Shown here piece by piece: positions 9,644 to 20,255 of a stretch of 64,000 bases of DNA. Below the pieces are notes generated by a model. The model was given only the letters and a program-made list of their open reading frames with translations. It made no database searches and was not told where the DNA came from. The stretch is from NCBI GenBank assembly GCA_965601925.1, contig OZ271854.1, positions 1,248,001-1,312,000 of the forward strand. The letters are read 5' to 3'. The stretch is from Alkalispirochaeta sp. (GTDB lineage Bacteria; Spirochaetota; Spirochaetia; DSM-27196; Alkalispirochaetaceae). Each line of letters opens with the position of its first letter. Position 1 is the first letter of the stretch. A program made the position numbers and the translations under genes.

Positions 9644-10876
9644 TCAGCCGAGGGCTCGTATCCGATCTTCCAAAAAGAGCCGCTCCCCGGGATTCCTTGT
9701 CAGCGAAAGGGCGTGCCGAAGGTCGGCCGAGGCCCCTTCCGTATCCCCCGATCGAGAGCGAAGCTCACCGCGCGTGGAGTAAAACCAGCGATACTCGGAT
9801 AGGTGCTCCCGGAGGCGGTGAAGCTCCATCAGCTCCAGCGCCCGCGACGCCGAGGTTCGATACGACTCGGCGACCAGCCACGCCAACAGCACGATGGGAT
9901 CGGGTTTATGGAGGTACAGCTCCGCGTATAGGCGACAGATGCGCCGCCAGTCACTCCGGTCGAACGAGGTCGAGTGTGCGTGTTCGCGCGCGATGGCCGC
10001 CTGAAACGCGTATGGACCGGCGAGGTCCGAGTCGATGCCGGAAATCGCGCGATCATAAAGCCGGTCGGCCTCGTCGATCATGGTGCGATTCCAGAGGGAA
10101 CGATCCTGAAGGGATAAGAGAATCGGTCGACCGTCGGAGGTAGAGCGCGAGGCGGAACGCGAGTGTTGGTAGAGCATGAGGCATAGAAGGGCGAGCGATT
10201 CTCGATTGTCGAGGCGTAGATCCACCAGAATCCGCGCCAGACGTATCGCCTCTTTGCAGAGGTCGACGCGATAGAGGCTGTGGTCGGAGTTGCTGTGGTA
10301 GCCTTCGTTGAACAAGAGGTACAGTATTTTCTGAACGGCTCCCAAACGCTCGCCGAGGCTCGACTCGTCGGGCACCTCGAACGGTATACCGGCGAGCTTG
10401 ATCTTCGTCTTTGACCGCGTAAGCGTCTGTCCCACCGTTTTGGGTTTCATGACTAATGCCGAGGCGATCTCCTCGGTCGTGAGACCGGCGACGAGCCTCA
10501 AGGTCAACATCACCTGCCCACGCTCCGCCAATGCGGGATGGCAGCACAAACACATGAGCCGCAGCTGTTCGTCGAGCGTACGCCCCTCCTCCAGCGCCTC
10601 GATTTCCGGCGCCGGTGCCCCGCGCGCCGGAAGCTCTCCCACGGTCCGTCCGTCCTTTTTTTTCGCGTCGAGGATGCGATTTCGAGCCACGGTGTACAAC
10701 CACGCCGCCGGGTCGCGGGGCCGATCCGAAACCCACCGGCGCATTGCCCGCTCGAAGGCGTCCTGTAACGCATCCTCTACCGCGTCGATGTCGCGAAACT
10801 GTCCGTAGAGCGAGGCAAAGAGGCGTGAGTAATGCTCCCGTACGAGGGTACGGAGTTCGGCGGCGGCGCTCATCAT
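9644..10876 (-). CDS. ECF sigma factor with C-terminal TPR-like extension (ECF42 type)
   Basis: EDALQDAF, AWLYTVARN, LRLMCLCCHPAL, LYLLFNEGY, LSLQDRSLW, GPYAFQAAIA. Confidence 0.92.
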   Translation of the reverse strand: MMSAAAELRTLVREHYSRLFASLYGQFRDIDAVEDALQDAFERAMRRWVSDRPRDPAAWLYTVARNRILDAKKKDGRTVGELPARGAPAPEIEALEEGRTLDEQLRLMCLCCHPALAERGQVMLTLRLVAGLTTEEIASALVMKPKTVGQTLTRSKTKIKLAGIPFEVPDESSLGERLGAVQKILYLLFNEGYHSNSDHSLYRVDLCKEAIRLARILVDLRLDNRESLALLCLMLYQHSRSASRSTSDGRPILLSLQDRSLWNRTMIDEADRLYDRAISGIDSDLAGPYAFQAAIAREHAHSTSFDRSDWRRICRLYAELYLHKPDPIVLLAWLVAESYRTSASRALELMELHRLREHLSEYRWFYSTRGELRSRSGDTEGASADLRHALSLTRNPGERLFLEDRIRALG

Positions 10877-10918
10877 CGGAGGAATGGGGGCGTTCCAAGC
10901 GCGCCCCCGACGTTCGGT

Positions 10919-11266
10919 TCAGCTATCGAACACCATAACCGGCCGGACCTCGACGATCCCACCCCGCTTTACATGGGGCATCTGCGAGGCCCAGTCGTTC
11001 GCTTTGTCGAGATCCGCCACGTCAATGAGATAGTAGCCACCGAGGGCTTCTTTCGTCTCGGCGTACGGACCGTCGGTCAGCTCGTGTTTGGCCCCCGTCT
11101 TACCTCGGACGGTGGTCGCCGTGCTCGTCGGCTGGAGCGCATCGCCGCTCAGCATGACCCCGGCCTCCCGCAGACGGCGCGTGTACTCCATCCATTCGGG
11201 AAATTCCGTCTCCTGCACCTTTGCGTCCACCGACTCGTTGTCGTAGATCAATAACATGTACTGCAT
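10919..11266 (-). CDS. YciI/DGPF-family protein
   Basis: MQYMLLIY, TDGPYAETKEALGGYY, VEVRPV; typical ECF42 neighbour. Confidence 0.92.
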   Translation of the reverse strand: MQYMLLIYDNESVDAKVQETEFPEWMEYTRRLREAGVMLSGDALQPTSTATTVRGKTGAKHELTDGPYAETKEALGGYYLIDVADLDKANDWASQMPHVKRGGIVEVRPVMVFDS

Positions 11267-11633
11267 CGTCGTCTCCTTCGTTCAGTATGTGATACCCGGG
11301 TCTATGTGATAGACGATTCATACAGGTGGAATTCTACAAGCAAAGCGGGAAAAAGGAAAAATCGTGCCCATCACACCGCCGCACGGCTCGCACCTGTAAC
11401 GCGCTGCACTCCGTTTTTACCGCGCACGCGCCCGATGAGATGGTGACGACCGAGGAGTGGGGAGGAGAGAAGACAGGCCGGTGCAGCGCGCGTCACGTTA
11501 CCACACGGTAATCGTCGGCGCTTCCGTTGAGCGTCCGTACCCGACGATACCGGCGTGTCGCGTAAAGGGCTCCTCGGGTTTACGCGTCGCGGATGTCGGG
11601 ATACACCCGCGACGGTCCGCCCGATCGGAAGCA

Positions 11634-13595
11634 CTACTCCCAGCGCACGTCGCCGGTCGCCGGGCGGACGGTCGCACGACTCCCGTCGACGTACCGGACG
11701 GTGAGCTCCGCATCATCAAATGACGAATCTTCACCTATGAGGTCCACGACGGCGCCGCGAAGCTGGCGGGGCCGGACACCGCCCCCGCTTCCGGCCACCA
11801 AGGAGACGAGGACAAACGGTTCGGCGTCGGTCCGTGCGACCGTCAACTGCGGAATGATGCTGTGCGTATAACGCACATTGGTGCCTTGGGTATCGAGACC
11901 GTACGGTCGCGCCGGAACGACACGATCATACCCGTGTATGTTTGCGATGAGGGAGCACCGCCCATCGACGACGGCGGCGGTCCAATCCGCATCCGTATCG
12001 GCAGGTGAGGCTCCCACGCCGCTCAGCACGGCGTCTCCTCGATCCCACGCGAGGGGAAATCCGCCCTCGCGAAACCATAGCGGCCTCGTTGGCCTTATGC
12101 CGTGAATCAGCACCAGCACACCTGCGTGAATCAGAATGGTGGTCACCGCCGATCCGTCTGGGTCCGCCCCGAAGAGGGCGTAACGGGCGACGCTGTGTCG
12201 GCTCGAGACGGCGAGATGTTCCATATCCCAGCGTTGATGGAACAGTACGCCGTCGACGGAAAACTGGAGCGCGTTGTCCGGCGCCACCGATCCGTGAATG
12301 GATCGCGATTCGTAGGGAAAGAGCGACGAGTAGGCGAAGTTCGTGTACTTGGCGTTGTACTCCGATTTGTCGTGATACGACTTCTGGTTGATGATGCGCA
12401 CGTGACCGTCGTCCCGAGATCCGACGAGAACGAGCCCCGCGTCATCGATCGGTAGCGCATAGTCGCCGCGCCGGATGGGAAGCTGTTCTTCCCGAGTAGT
12501 CCAAAATGGATGGGACTCGGGCATAAGTAGGACGTTGAACGCCTTGGCCGCCCAATAGGGAGAGCCGCCGCAGCTGTAGTGTTCGAGAATGCTCTCGTTG
12601 GGCGCGATGTAGCCCATACCGAGAAACCCGTCGTCGGTCAGAATCGGTCGATCGGCAAAGAAACGCATTGTGGCGTTGCATACACTACGGACCGCGCCGG
12701 CAGGTGTGTCGAGGGCGTCGAGATAGGCGCCCAGAGCCAACGGTGCCAAATAGGCGAAGCGATAGATCATGGAGCGCCCGAAGATCGGCGCACTCCCGTC
12801 CCCGGAGACGAAATACGGCATCTGTCGGGCGAGTTCGGCGACGCGCCCGCGATGGCGTGTGGCGACCTCCGGCTTCGAGTCGCCGTCGAGGATCGTCCAG
12901 ATCAGGTAGTAGTAGTGAAACGCCCAGGCGTTATAATAGTCGATGCGGTTGAGCTCGCCGTCGCGATACCAACCGGAGCCCAGGTACATGTGCTCGCACG
13001 CCTCGATATTCTCGTCGATCTGTCGTTGGTTGTAGGGCATGTCCAACCGCTTCAATACGGCGTTCGTCACCACGTTGAAGAGCAACCAGTTGTTGCGGTG
13101 ATAGGCTACGCGGGTACATTGAAGCAGGTAGTCGGCGACACGCTTTCTTTCGACTGCCGTGTAGGTGTCCCAGGTCCACCGCCGCGACAGGTAGAGCGCC
13201 CACGACAGGCTGGCCATCTCGACCAAGTGTTGCGCGTAGTCGACGATATCGCCCCAGTACTCGGGATGGTTGGGATCGGTACCGTTCAGTATTGCCTCGC
13301 GATAGAACGCCGCGACGTCACGCCGTCCGTCGACCGACTCGACGATACCGCTGTCGCTTGTGGATAACCACGGTCCCGCCATGATAAATGAGCGCGTGAA
13401 CCCCTCGAGCTCGTCGGCGAGGCGCCCGTGGTGGCTCCGCGGTCCGGGGATCACCTGGCGCGCGCGGCCGACGGATGCGTTGTCGACGATCGGTACGATA
13501 AGATCGGCAAACATCTCCAGCCAGTGGTCACGCGTCCAGCCGCTCTCCGGTGAGAGGGAAAAGTCGTACGGCGTCGATAGGCGAATCGGCCGCAT
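11634..13595 (-). CDS. DUF2264 family protein (possible glycoside hydrolase)
   Basis: LEGFTR, GTDPNHPEYWG, QHLVE, NNWLLF, GWYRDG, GRSMIYRFA, GSPYWAAKAF; start moved to ATG 13595, 2 nt after the upstream stop. Confidence 0.85.
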   Translation of the reverse strand: MRPIRLSTPYDFSLSPESGWTRDHWLEMFADLIVPIVDNASVGRARQVIPGPRSHHGRLADELEGFTRSFIMAGPWLSTSDSGIVESVDGRRDVAAFYREAILNGTDPNHPEYWGDIVDYAQHLVEMASLSWALYLSRRWTWDTYTAVERKRVADYLLQCTRVAYHRNNWLLFNVVTNAVLKRLDMPYNQRQIDENIEACEHMYLGSGWYRDGELNRIDYYNAWAFHYYYLIWTILDGDSKPEVATRHRGRVAELARQMPYFVSGDGSAPIFGRSMIYRFAYLAPLALGAYLDALDTPAGAVRSVCNATMRFFADRPILTDDGFLGMGYIAPNESILEHYSCGGSPYWAAKAFNVLLMPESHPFWTTREEQLPIRRGDYALPIDDAGLVLVGSRDDGHVRIINQKSYHDKSEYNAKYTNFAYSSLFPYESRSIHGSVAPDNALQFSVDGVLFHQRWDMEHLAVSSRHSVARYALFGADPDGSAVTTILIHAGVLVLIHGIRPTRPLWFREGGFPLAWDRGDAVLSGVGASPADTDADWTAAVVDGRCSLIANIHGYDRVVPARPYGLDTQGTNVRYTHSIIPQLTVARTDAEPFVLVSLVAGSGGGVRPRQLRGAVVDLIGEDSSFDDAELTVRYVDGSRATVRPATGDVRWE

Positions 13596-13597
13596 CG

Positions 13598-15376
13598 TTA
13601 CGCCCCGCTCGTGGTCGGTACCGGCGTCTCTACGACCGGCAAATTGCACGGGTTGTAGTTGAGAAGCGGCCACCTCCCCTCACCGACCTCCCGTCCCAGG
13701 ATCACGTCCCGCATCGTCGCAAGGCCTGCGGGCGTGAGATTCATGCTCAATACGATTGAGGGGGCGTCGGGAAGCATGCCGCCCAAATCCTTAATGCAGT
13801 ACGGCGTATTGGTGACCAGAAGCACCGGCAGTCCCCGCTTAGTCAGGTCGGCGGCATAGCGCTGCGGCTCGTGCTGCCGATCGTAGAAGTTCGTCACAAT
13901 GACCAGATCGAAGTGACCCGGCGCAAGGATGCGCTCGACGCTCTTCTCATCCAGCTCGTTCCGGCCGAACTGCGTCTCGATCGTCTGGAGACCGGGAAGC
14001 TCCGCCTCCATAAGCTCCTGAAAGAGCGCGGGGTGGTCCCACTCATCGTTGGCGGACTTCACCGAGTTTTGTTGGCTGATAAGCAGAATGCGTTTCGATC
14101 GGTCCAACGGAATCGCTCCGAGTTCGTCTTTCACGATGAGCGTCGCCTTGCGGGAAGCCTCCTTCGCCGTTGAAAGAACCACCTGATCGCGATAGGGCGC
14201 GTCGGCGGCCGCCGGATCCACCATGCCGAATGTATCGAAGAGGCCGTAGTCGTACTTCATCGAGAGAACGCGCCGCACCTTGGCGTCCAGTTCATCGGCT
14301 GCGATGCGCCCCTCTTCGACCCAGCGCTCGATCGTGTAGAACATCTCGCCGCGCCACTGATTTTCCGCCTTCATGAGAACGGTGTCGGCTCCCGCGGCAA
14401 GCGCGCGGGCGCACGCCTCGCCCACACCGTAGCGGTCAATCAGCGCCCCCATCGTCATACTGTCGGTGGTGATAAGCCCACGAAAGTCCAACTCACCGCG
14501 CAAAATGTCGGTGACGATGGTGCGCGAAACGGTCGAGATCTCCTCGTCGAGTTGCGGATAGATGCAGTGCGCCACCATCACCGCATCGAGGCCGCGCTCG
14601 ATCAGGTAGCGATACGGATACAGCTCGACGCTTCGCATCCTCTGCATGTCGACGTCCAGGCTGGGGCACGCGTGGTGGGCGTCGACCGCAGAGTCCCCGC
14701 GACCGGGAAAGTGCTTGGCCGCTGCAATCACCCGCTCATCCTTGAAGCCTCGGACCATCGCCTCCGCCATGTGTGCCACGACCGCCGGGTCGTCGCCGAA
14801 GGCTCGGCGTCCGATCTCGGGGTTGGCGGGGTTGATGTTCACGTCGACCACCGGCGAGTGAATCATGTCGATCCCCGACGCCTTGAGCTGACGCGCAACG
14901 GCGCGGGAGACGCGATACACCACGTCGGGATCACCGGAGGCCGCAAGCCCCATACTGGAGGGAAACTGTACGAAGCCGCCGCGGGTAATGTCACGGCTGG
15001 TATCGCCCTCTTGGTCCACCACCATGTGCAGCGGTATCGCCGGCGACCGAGTTGAGGCGAGCCGCCGTAGCTCATTGAGCGTCTCGGCGTACTGCTGCGG
15101 CGTGCGATACGGCGGAAGGCCCTGGTGTGCGATCTTCTCGATCGACGGCTCGTAGTCGTCGCCGACGACCTGCGCTTTCGCACGATCGTCACTGAAGTAG
15201 CGAAAAATCTTCATGAAGGGGCTCAACCTGACGCCGCCGCACTCGTGACGGAGGATCGCCTCCCTCAAATCGTTGGTAATCTGCGTGCCGGACATACCGA
15301 CGACGACGCATTGGCCGATCTTCTGCTGCACGCTCATCGTATCCAGGAGCGCGGTAATATACTGTTCTTTGCTCAT
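13598..15376 (-). CDS. GH3 glycoside hydrolase, NagZ-like subfamily
   Basis: DQEG, SPVVDVN, RAFG, KHFPGRGDSAVDAH, TDSMTM; start at ATG 15376 with AGGAAGG upstream. Confidence 0.9.
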   Translation of the reverse strand: MSKEQYITALLDTMSVQQKIGQCVVVGMSGTQITNDLREAILRHECGGVRLSPFMKIFRYFSDDRAKAQVVGDDYEPSIEKIAHQGLPPYRTPQQYAETLNELRRLASTRSPAIPLHMVVDQEGDTSRDITRGGFVQFPSSMGLAASGDPDVVYRVSRAVARQLKASGIDMIHSPVVDVNINPANPEIGRRAFGDDPAVVAHMAEAMVRGFKDERVIAAAKHFPGRGDSAVDAHHACPSLDVDMQRMRSVELYPYRYLIERGLDAVMVAHCIYPQLDEEISTVSRTIVTDILRGELDFRGLITTDSMTMGALIDRYGVGEACARALAAGADTVLMKAENQWRGEMFYTIERWVEEGRIAADELDAKVRRVLSMKYDYGLFDTFGMVDPAAADAPYRDQVVLSTAKEASRKATLIVKDELGAIPLDRSKRILLISQQNSVKSANDEWDHPALFQELMEAELPGLQTIETQFGRNELDEKSVERILAPGHFDLVIVTNFYDRQHEPQRYAADLTKRGLPVLLVTNTPYCIKDLGGMLPDAPSIVLSMNLTPAGLATMRDVILGREVGEGRWPLLNYNPCNLPVVETPVPTTSGA

Positions 15377-15494
15377 CGATCCTTCCTGAGTCGGGTGTGG
15401 TATCGGAAGGGTACGCAACTCGACCCCGTATCGGGGCAAGACCGGGCCTTCCTCCATAGCCGGCGGCCGGTCACCGATCGTGCCGCGTCCCCAC

Positions 15495-15518
15495 CCGGCG
15501 GTCTCGAGAGGCCGCCGG
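15495..15518. other. Intercistronic GC-rich hairpin after the solute-binding protein gene
   Basis: CCGGCGGTCT-CGAG-AGGCCGCCGG; no U-tract. Confidence 0.4.
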
Positions 15519-15537
15519 CGGGAATGGTGCGAAATAG

Positions 15538-17079
15538 TTAGTTTCTGCGGTCGTACGCCGCTTGGTAGATCGCCGTCAACCGGGCCAACCCAAGCTCCTC
15601 AAGCTCCTCCACGAACTGGGGAAACTCGTCGACCGACCGGGCGCCGACCATCATCCTCGAGGTGTTCTCGAGAACGTAGGAGCGAATCTGGCTTTGGATG
15701 TCGGTAATCGTATCGCGATCCTCGGTGGTGAAATTGAGCACCGGAAACTCTTCCACGATGTAGTTGTCCATGTAGTCCTGACGCGCCTCGAAGGCGATCG
15801 CGTTGGCAAACTGCCGTTCGTAGTCGAGGTGCTGTCGCATACCGATCTTCCATTGCATACCGCTGGTGACCAACGCTTCATGCATACCCATACCGTCGGG
15901 GTTGTCGGTGATGAGCTCGGTATAGGTCGGCACACCGCCCTCGAGTTCGTGGTGCACGCCGGCGACGCCGAAGTTCATTAGCCGCGTTCCCTCGTCGCTG
16001 TAGATGAAGTCGAAGAAGCGAATCGCGGCAACCGGATCGGGGTTCGTCGCCGAGATCGCCCATGCGCCGTCGTTGCGCACCGTGCTCATCTGTATGCGCG
16101 TGTACGGCTCGTCCACGGTTCCGACCGGCGGAGCAAAGTGACGCAGCTCAAAACCGGGGATCTCGTCGCCCAACGTATCGTTCAAGTTGGCCGTGGAGGC
16201 GAACCAATCGTGAATCGCCCCGGCCTTATCGTCGCTGAAGAGCTCGGTACGGGGATTGCCGGTGCGTGTAAGCACCTCGCGATCGATCAACCCTTCGCCG
16301 TACAACCGCTGAATGTAGGCGAGATAGTCGCGATACTGCGGCTCAGAGGGTCCGAATATGACGCGGCCGTCACGTACTACCCAGTCCATATCGGCGTCGA
16401 AGGCGTAGGCCAACGCGCGAATGTTATAAAACGCGTCGTCACCGCGGCGACGAAAGATAAGCGGTATCTCGTCCTGCTCGCCGTTACCGTTGGGATCGCG
16501 GTCGCGGAAGGCTACCAACACGTCGTAGAGCTCTTCGGTCGTCGTGGGAGCGTCGAGCCCGAGGGTCTCCAACCAGTCGTAGCGGACGAACCAGCCCCGT
16601 GCCGCGTTAATGGCCGCCATCATCGGCACGTAGTAGATGTTCCCGTCTTGTGAGGTGATCGTTCGGCGAATCTCCGGGTCGTCGAGGAGAATTCGCTCGA
16701 GATTGGGAGCGTGCTCCTCAATGAGATCCTGCAGGGGGAGAAACGCGCCCTCTTCTCCGAATCGATTGATCGCCGCGTATCCGCCGCGCCCTTCGAAATA
16801 GGAGATGATATCCGGAAGATCACCGGAGGCCATAATCAAGCTGAACTGCTCGTCCTTGATCTCCGTAGAAACCATGTCCCACTGGAGATCGATACCGACC
16901 CGCTCTTCGACCTCGTTCCAGACTACGCTCGAATCGGGATCGATCGGTAACTCCGCCGCCAGCACCGACCATACGTCCATCTGAACGGGCCCGTCGGTAC
17001 TCGCCGCTTCACCCTGGCCTCCTGCAAATGCAAATCCGGCCAAAGCCGCCAACAGCACACATGCAACACATCGTTTCAT
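15538..17079 (-). CDS. Carbohydrate ABC transporter solute-binding protein (LplA-like)
   Basis: Signal ending AFAGGQGE, MASGDLPD, VRYDWLETLGL, DPNGNGEQDE. Confidence 0.92.
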   Translation of the reverse strand: MKRCVACVLLAALAGFAFAGGQGEAASTDGPVQMDVWSVLAAELPIDPDSSVVWNEVEERVGIDLQWDMVSTEIKDEQFSLIMASGDLPDIISYFEGRGGYAAINRFGEEGAFLPLQDLIEEHAPNLERILLDDPEIRRTITSQDGNIYYVPMMAAINAARGWFVRYDWLETLGLDAPTTTEELYDVLVAFRDRDPNGNGEQDEIPLIFRRRGDDAFYNIRALAYAFDADMDWVVRDGRVIFGPSEPQYRDYLAYIQRLYGEGLIDREVLTRTGNPRTELFSDDKAGAIHDWFASTANLNDTLGDEIPGFELRHFAPPVGTVDEPYTRIQMSTVRNDGAWAISATNPDPVAAIRFFDFIYSDEGTRLMNFGVAGVHHELEGGVPTYTELITDNPDGMGMHEALVTSGMQWKIGMRQHLDYERQFANAIAFEARQDYMDNYIVEEFPVLNFTTEDRDTITDIQSQIRSYVLENTSRMMVGARSVDEFPQFVEELEELGLARLTAIYQAAYDRRN

Positions 17080-17114
17080 GGTGTCCTCCTTACGATATGG
17101 TTCTCGATCGGGAT

Positions 17115-18023
17115 CTATCCCTTGACGGATCCCAACGTAATTCCCTTAACGAAATACTTTTGAATGAACGGGTAAATCACCGCGATCGGAAGCGTCGCGA
17201 CGACGATCGTGGCGAACTTGATCGCCTCGGCGTTCGTCGCCGACCGCCCCAAATTGGCGTCCATCTCCTCGCCCAGTCGCGCCAATACGATGAGTTGGCG
17301 CAGGATGACCTGGAGGGGAAACTTGTCCTGGTCGCGCAAAAAAACCATCGCCCAGAAGTACCCGTTCCAGCGGTTGATCAAGTAATAAAGTCCGATCGTC
17401 GCCAGAGCCGCTCCCGAAATGGGCAATACGATACGAAGGAGCACCGTCCACTCGCTGGCGCCGTCGATACGGGCCGCCTCAATCAGTTGATTGGGAATCG
17501 TCTCAAAGAAGGAACGCAACAAAATGACGAAAAAGGGAAACGCCGCGAAGACGACCAACAGCGACAAGCGCGTATTCAATAGATTGAGACTTCGAACGAT
17601 CAGATAGAGGGGAATCATCATGCCCGTCGCCGAGATGAACATCGTGAGGGAGACGAAGATGTTCATGAAACGCCGACCGCTGAACTCCGGCCGAGACATC
17701 GGATAGGCCGCGAGTATCGTAATCACGAGGTTGATCGCCGTGCCGAAGACTGCGTAATAGACCGTGTTGGCGTACCCGGTCCAGATACGCTCGTCGTCCA
17801 GAATCAATCGGTACGACTCGACGCTCAGGGGCGCGACCGGCCCCACGGTAACTTGATTCCGTTGAATGGCGACCGGATCGGAGAAGGAAGCGGACAACAC
17901 GTACCAAAAGGGATAGAGCGTGATCGCGCAGAAGAGCACCACAAAAGCGATCGCACATGAGCGCAGAATGATATCGGAGCCGGTCGACCGGCGGCGTGAA
18001 GATCTACCAAAGCGTCGCTGCAT
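17115..18023 (-). CDS. Carbohydrate ABC permease (LplC-like)
   Basis: EAA motif LIEAARIDGASE, YPFIQKYFVKGITLGSVKG. Confidence 0.93.
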   Translation of the reverse strand: MQRRFGRSSRRRSTGSDIILRSCAIAFVVLFCAITLYPFWYVLSASFSDPVAIQRNQVTVGPVAPLSVESYRLILDDERIWTGYANTVYYAVFGTAINLVITILAAYPMSRPEFSGRRFMNIFVSLTMFISATGMMIPLYLIVRSLNLLNTRLSLLVVFAAFPFFVILLRSFFETIPNQLIEAARIDGASEWTVLLRIVLPISGAALATIGLYYLINRWNGYFWAMVFLRDQDKFPLQVILRQLIVLARLGEEMDANLGRSATNAEAIKFATIVVATLPIAVIYPFIQKYFVKGITLGSVKG

Positions 18024-18927
18024 CCCGAAACCTCTTTGCAATGCGGTTGGAACCGACCACCAAAACCAGCGCGACGATCGTCTCGAAGAGCCCCACGGCG
18101 GTGGCGTAGGAGTAGTCGGCGTTTACCAGACCGCGGCGATATACGAATGTGCTGATTACCTCCGACGTCTCGAGAATGACGTCGTTCTGGAGCAGTAGCA
18201 CCTCCTCGAAGGAGACGCTTACCAAGCGCCCCACGCGTACCAGAAACATGATAACGATCGTCGGCACGATACTCGGAAGGGTTATGTAAAACAGTTGCGT
18301 AATCTTGTTAGCTCCGTCGGCCTCCGCAGCCTCGTAGAGCGTCGGATCGATGGAGGTGAGGGCGGCGAGGTAGATAATCGCCTCGTACCCCGTCTCCTTG
18401 AAGATCCGAATAGCGGTGTAAATCCACCAAAAGTAGCGCGGCTCCTGCATGAAGTAAATCGGATCGCCGCCTACCATCGCCACGAGACGATTCACGATAC
18501 CGGTGGACGGACTGAGAAAGTTTATTGCGATCCCTGCGATCACGACGAACGAGACGAAGTGCGGAAGCAACGTAATGGTCTGCGCCGTCTTCTTGAGCGT
18601 CCGATTCTGCACCAGGTTGAGCATGAGCGCGAGAACAATCGGCATAGGAAATGCGATCAGAAGGTAGAGAAACCCGATCACCAGAGTGTTGCGGAGCACC
18701 CGCCACAGGAAGACGGAGCCGAAAAACTGCCGGAAGTACAACAACCCGACCCACTCGCTCTCCAATACTCCGCGAAAGGGACTGTAACGCTGAAAGGCAA
18801 TTACGATTCCCGATATCGGCGCATAGCGAAACAAAAGGAAGTAGAGAATCGCCGGTGCGGCCATCACCCATAGCGCGGTGTTGTATCGCTTTTTCGGTCG
18901 TAAACGTCGGTGCGCTATCGTATTCAA
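18004..18927 (-). CDS. Carbohydrate ABC permease (LplB-like)
   Basis: WVGLLYF, LPHFVSFVVI, IDPTLYEAAEADGA, STFVYRRGL. Confidence 0.93.
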   Translation of the reverse strand: MNTIAHRRLRPKKRYNTALWVMAAPAILYFLLFRYAPISGIVIAFQRYSPFRGVLESEWVGLLYFRQFFGSVFLWRVLRNTLVIGFLYLLIAFPMPIVLALMLNLVQNRTLKKTAQTITLLPHFVSFVVIAGIAINFLSPSTGIVNRLVAMVGGDPIYFMQEPRYFWWIYTAIRIFKETGYEAIIYLAALTSIDPTLYEAAEADGANKITQLFYITLPSIVPTIVIMFLVRVGRLVSVSFEEVLLLQNDVILETSEVISTFVYRRGLVNADYSYATAVGLFETIVALVLVVGSNRIAKRFRDAATLW

Positions 18928-18961
18928 TAGTATGTACCACTCAAAATAATTATTATGTGGC

Positions 18962-18993
18962 TTGTATTATACCATACAATGTTGCGGAGTCAA
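18962..18993 (-). promoter_or_regulatory. Sigma70-type promoter of the sugar ABC operon overlapped by a palindromic operator
   Basis: Minus strand TTGACT-16 nt-TATAAT; TTGTAT-N6-ATACAA at 18962-18979. Confidence 0.7.
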
Positions 18994-19045
18994 TAAAAAA
19001 GAGTGTCGGACCGCTCGGGCGCCTATGAGCCGAGATGCGGAAGCG

Positions 19046-20143
19046 TTATCGCGGCGGGGCTACCGATTTGCGAAGAATGAGACGCGTTTCCGCGGGACGG
19101 GACAGCGATAGAGCTCCGACGCTCTCGCCGTGTTCCTCGACGATCCGCAACGCCCGGCGTACTACATCGGCGCGGTCTACCCGCACCGTCGTAAGCGGGG
19201 GGCTTGCGAGCCGGGCTGCGAGGATATCGTCGAAACCGGCGACCGACATGTCGCCGGGAACGGCAAGCCCGAGTTGGTGCACGCGGGAGTAAAAAGCGAG
19301 AGCCGAGATATCGTTGAACCCGATCGCACACGTGTACCCGGCCTCGATGAGATCGGTAACATCGTCTCCGGCGGGGCGCTCCGGGTCAAACGCAAACGGT
19401 TCGATTCGTACCGTCCGCGCCGGGCGCCAGCCCTCGGCTACACGCCGGACGGTCTCCAGCCGGCGGTGGTACACCGTCCCGCGCTCGAACTGCTCGGAGA
19501 GCACGAACAGAAGCCGATCGTGCCCCATAGACACGACGTAATTGATCAACTCCGCAAAGCCGTCCTGCCCGAAAATCAAGGAGTATACGTTGGCCCCGGC
19601 TCCCGCCGGCGCGGACCTGTTGATGAGCGCCACCGGAATATCGCGTTCCGCCAGCACATCGAAATAACATTGCGGAAGGTCGCCCTGTACCACGAACCCG
19701 TCGGAGCGTCCGACAATCGAGAGGAAGGCGTCCGAAGGCGAATCGGCGTGCTCGTCAAACACGACGAACTCGGTGCTCACCCCGCGCTCCTTCGCCTCCA
19801 ACATGTAGGTAAGATAGATGTCTTTGCAGTGGTAGGCGTTGACGCTGTCGAGTTCCTGCAACAGCTCGCTCCGCCTACGGTCGACAAGCATGGGAATGGT
19901 GCGTTGGGTGTCCGGCGCCTCGGGAATCGCGGCTACCGAACCGGAACCTTGGCGAGAGACGAGATATCCCAGACTACCGAGGTACGCCGTCGCTTTGTTG
20001 ACGGTCTGCGGATTGATTCCGTACAGCTCGGCAAGATCTCGAATCGGCGGAATCCGCTTGCCGACGACGTATTCTCCGGAGACGATCTTTCGCCTGATTC
20101 GCTCGGCGACCTCTTCGTACTTGTAGCGCGTCTCTCTCAACAT
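19046..20143 (-). CDS. GntR-HTH plus LacI-type sugar-binding domain regulator (AraR-like architecture)
   Basis: GntR winged HTH (RIPPIRDLAELYGIN...RQGSGS) fused to NDISA...VPGDMSVAGFDD...PPLTTV. Confidence 0.9.
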   Translation of the reverse strand: MLRETRYKYEEVAERIRRKIVSGEYVVGKRIPPIRDLAELYGINPQTVNKATAYLGSLGYLVSRQGSGSVAAIPEAPDTQRTIPMLVDRRRSELLQELDSVNAYHCKDIYLTYMLEAKERGVSTEFVVFDEHADSPSDAFLSIVGRSDGFVVQGDLPQCYFDVLAERDIPVALINRSAPAGAGANVYSLIFGQDGFAELINYVVSMGHDRLLFVLSEQFERGTVYHRRLETVRRVAEGWRPARTVRIEPFAFDPERPAGDDVTDLIEAGYTCAIGFNDISALAFYSRVHQLGLAVPGDMSVAGFDDILAARLASPPLTTVRVDRADVVRRALRIVEEHGESVGALSLSRPAETRLILRKSVAPPR

Positions 20144-20255
20144 GGCTTTATTATCGTACCATCCATATGACAAGATTCGCAACTAGACGGTTTTTTTATC
20201 ATATTGCATGGTTTATTTTTTTCATTGTATCATTTTTAAAAAGGAGTATCTCCCT

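Noticed and set aside
11270..11633. 364-bp gap with a 10-bp inverted repeat (CGCGCTGCAC/GTGCAGCGCG) and short ORFs
   Set aside because: GC-rich match could be chance; no credible RBS-ORF or RNA family
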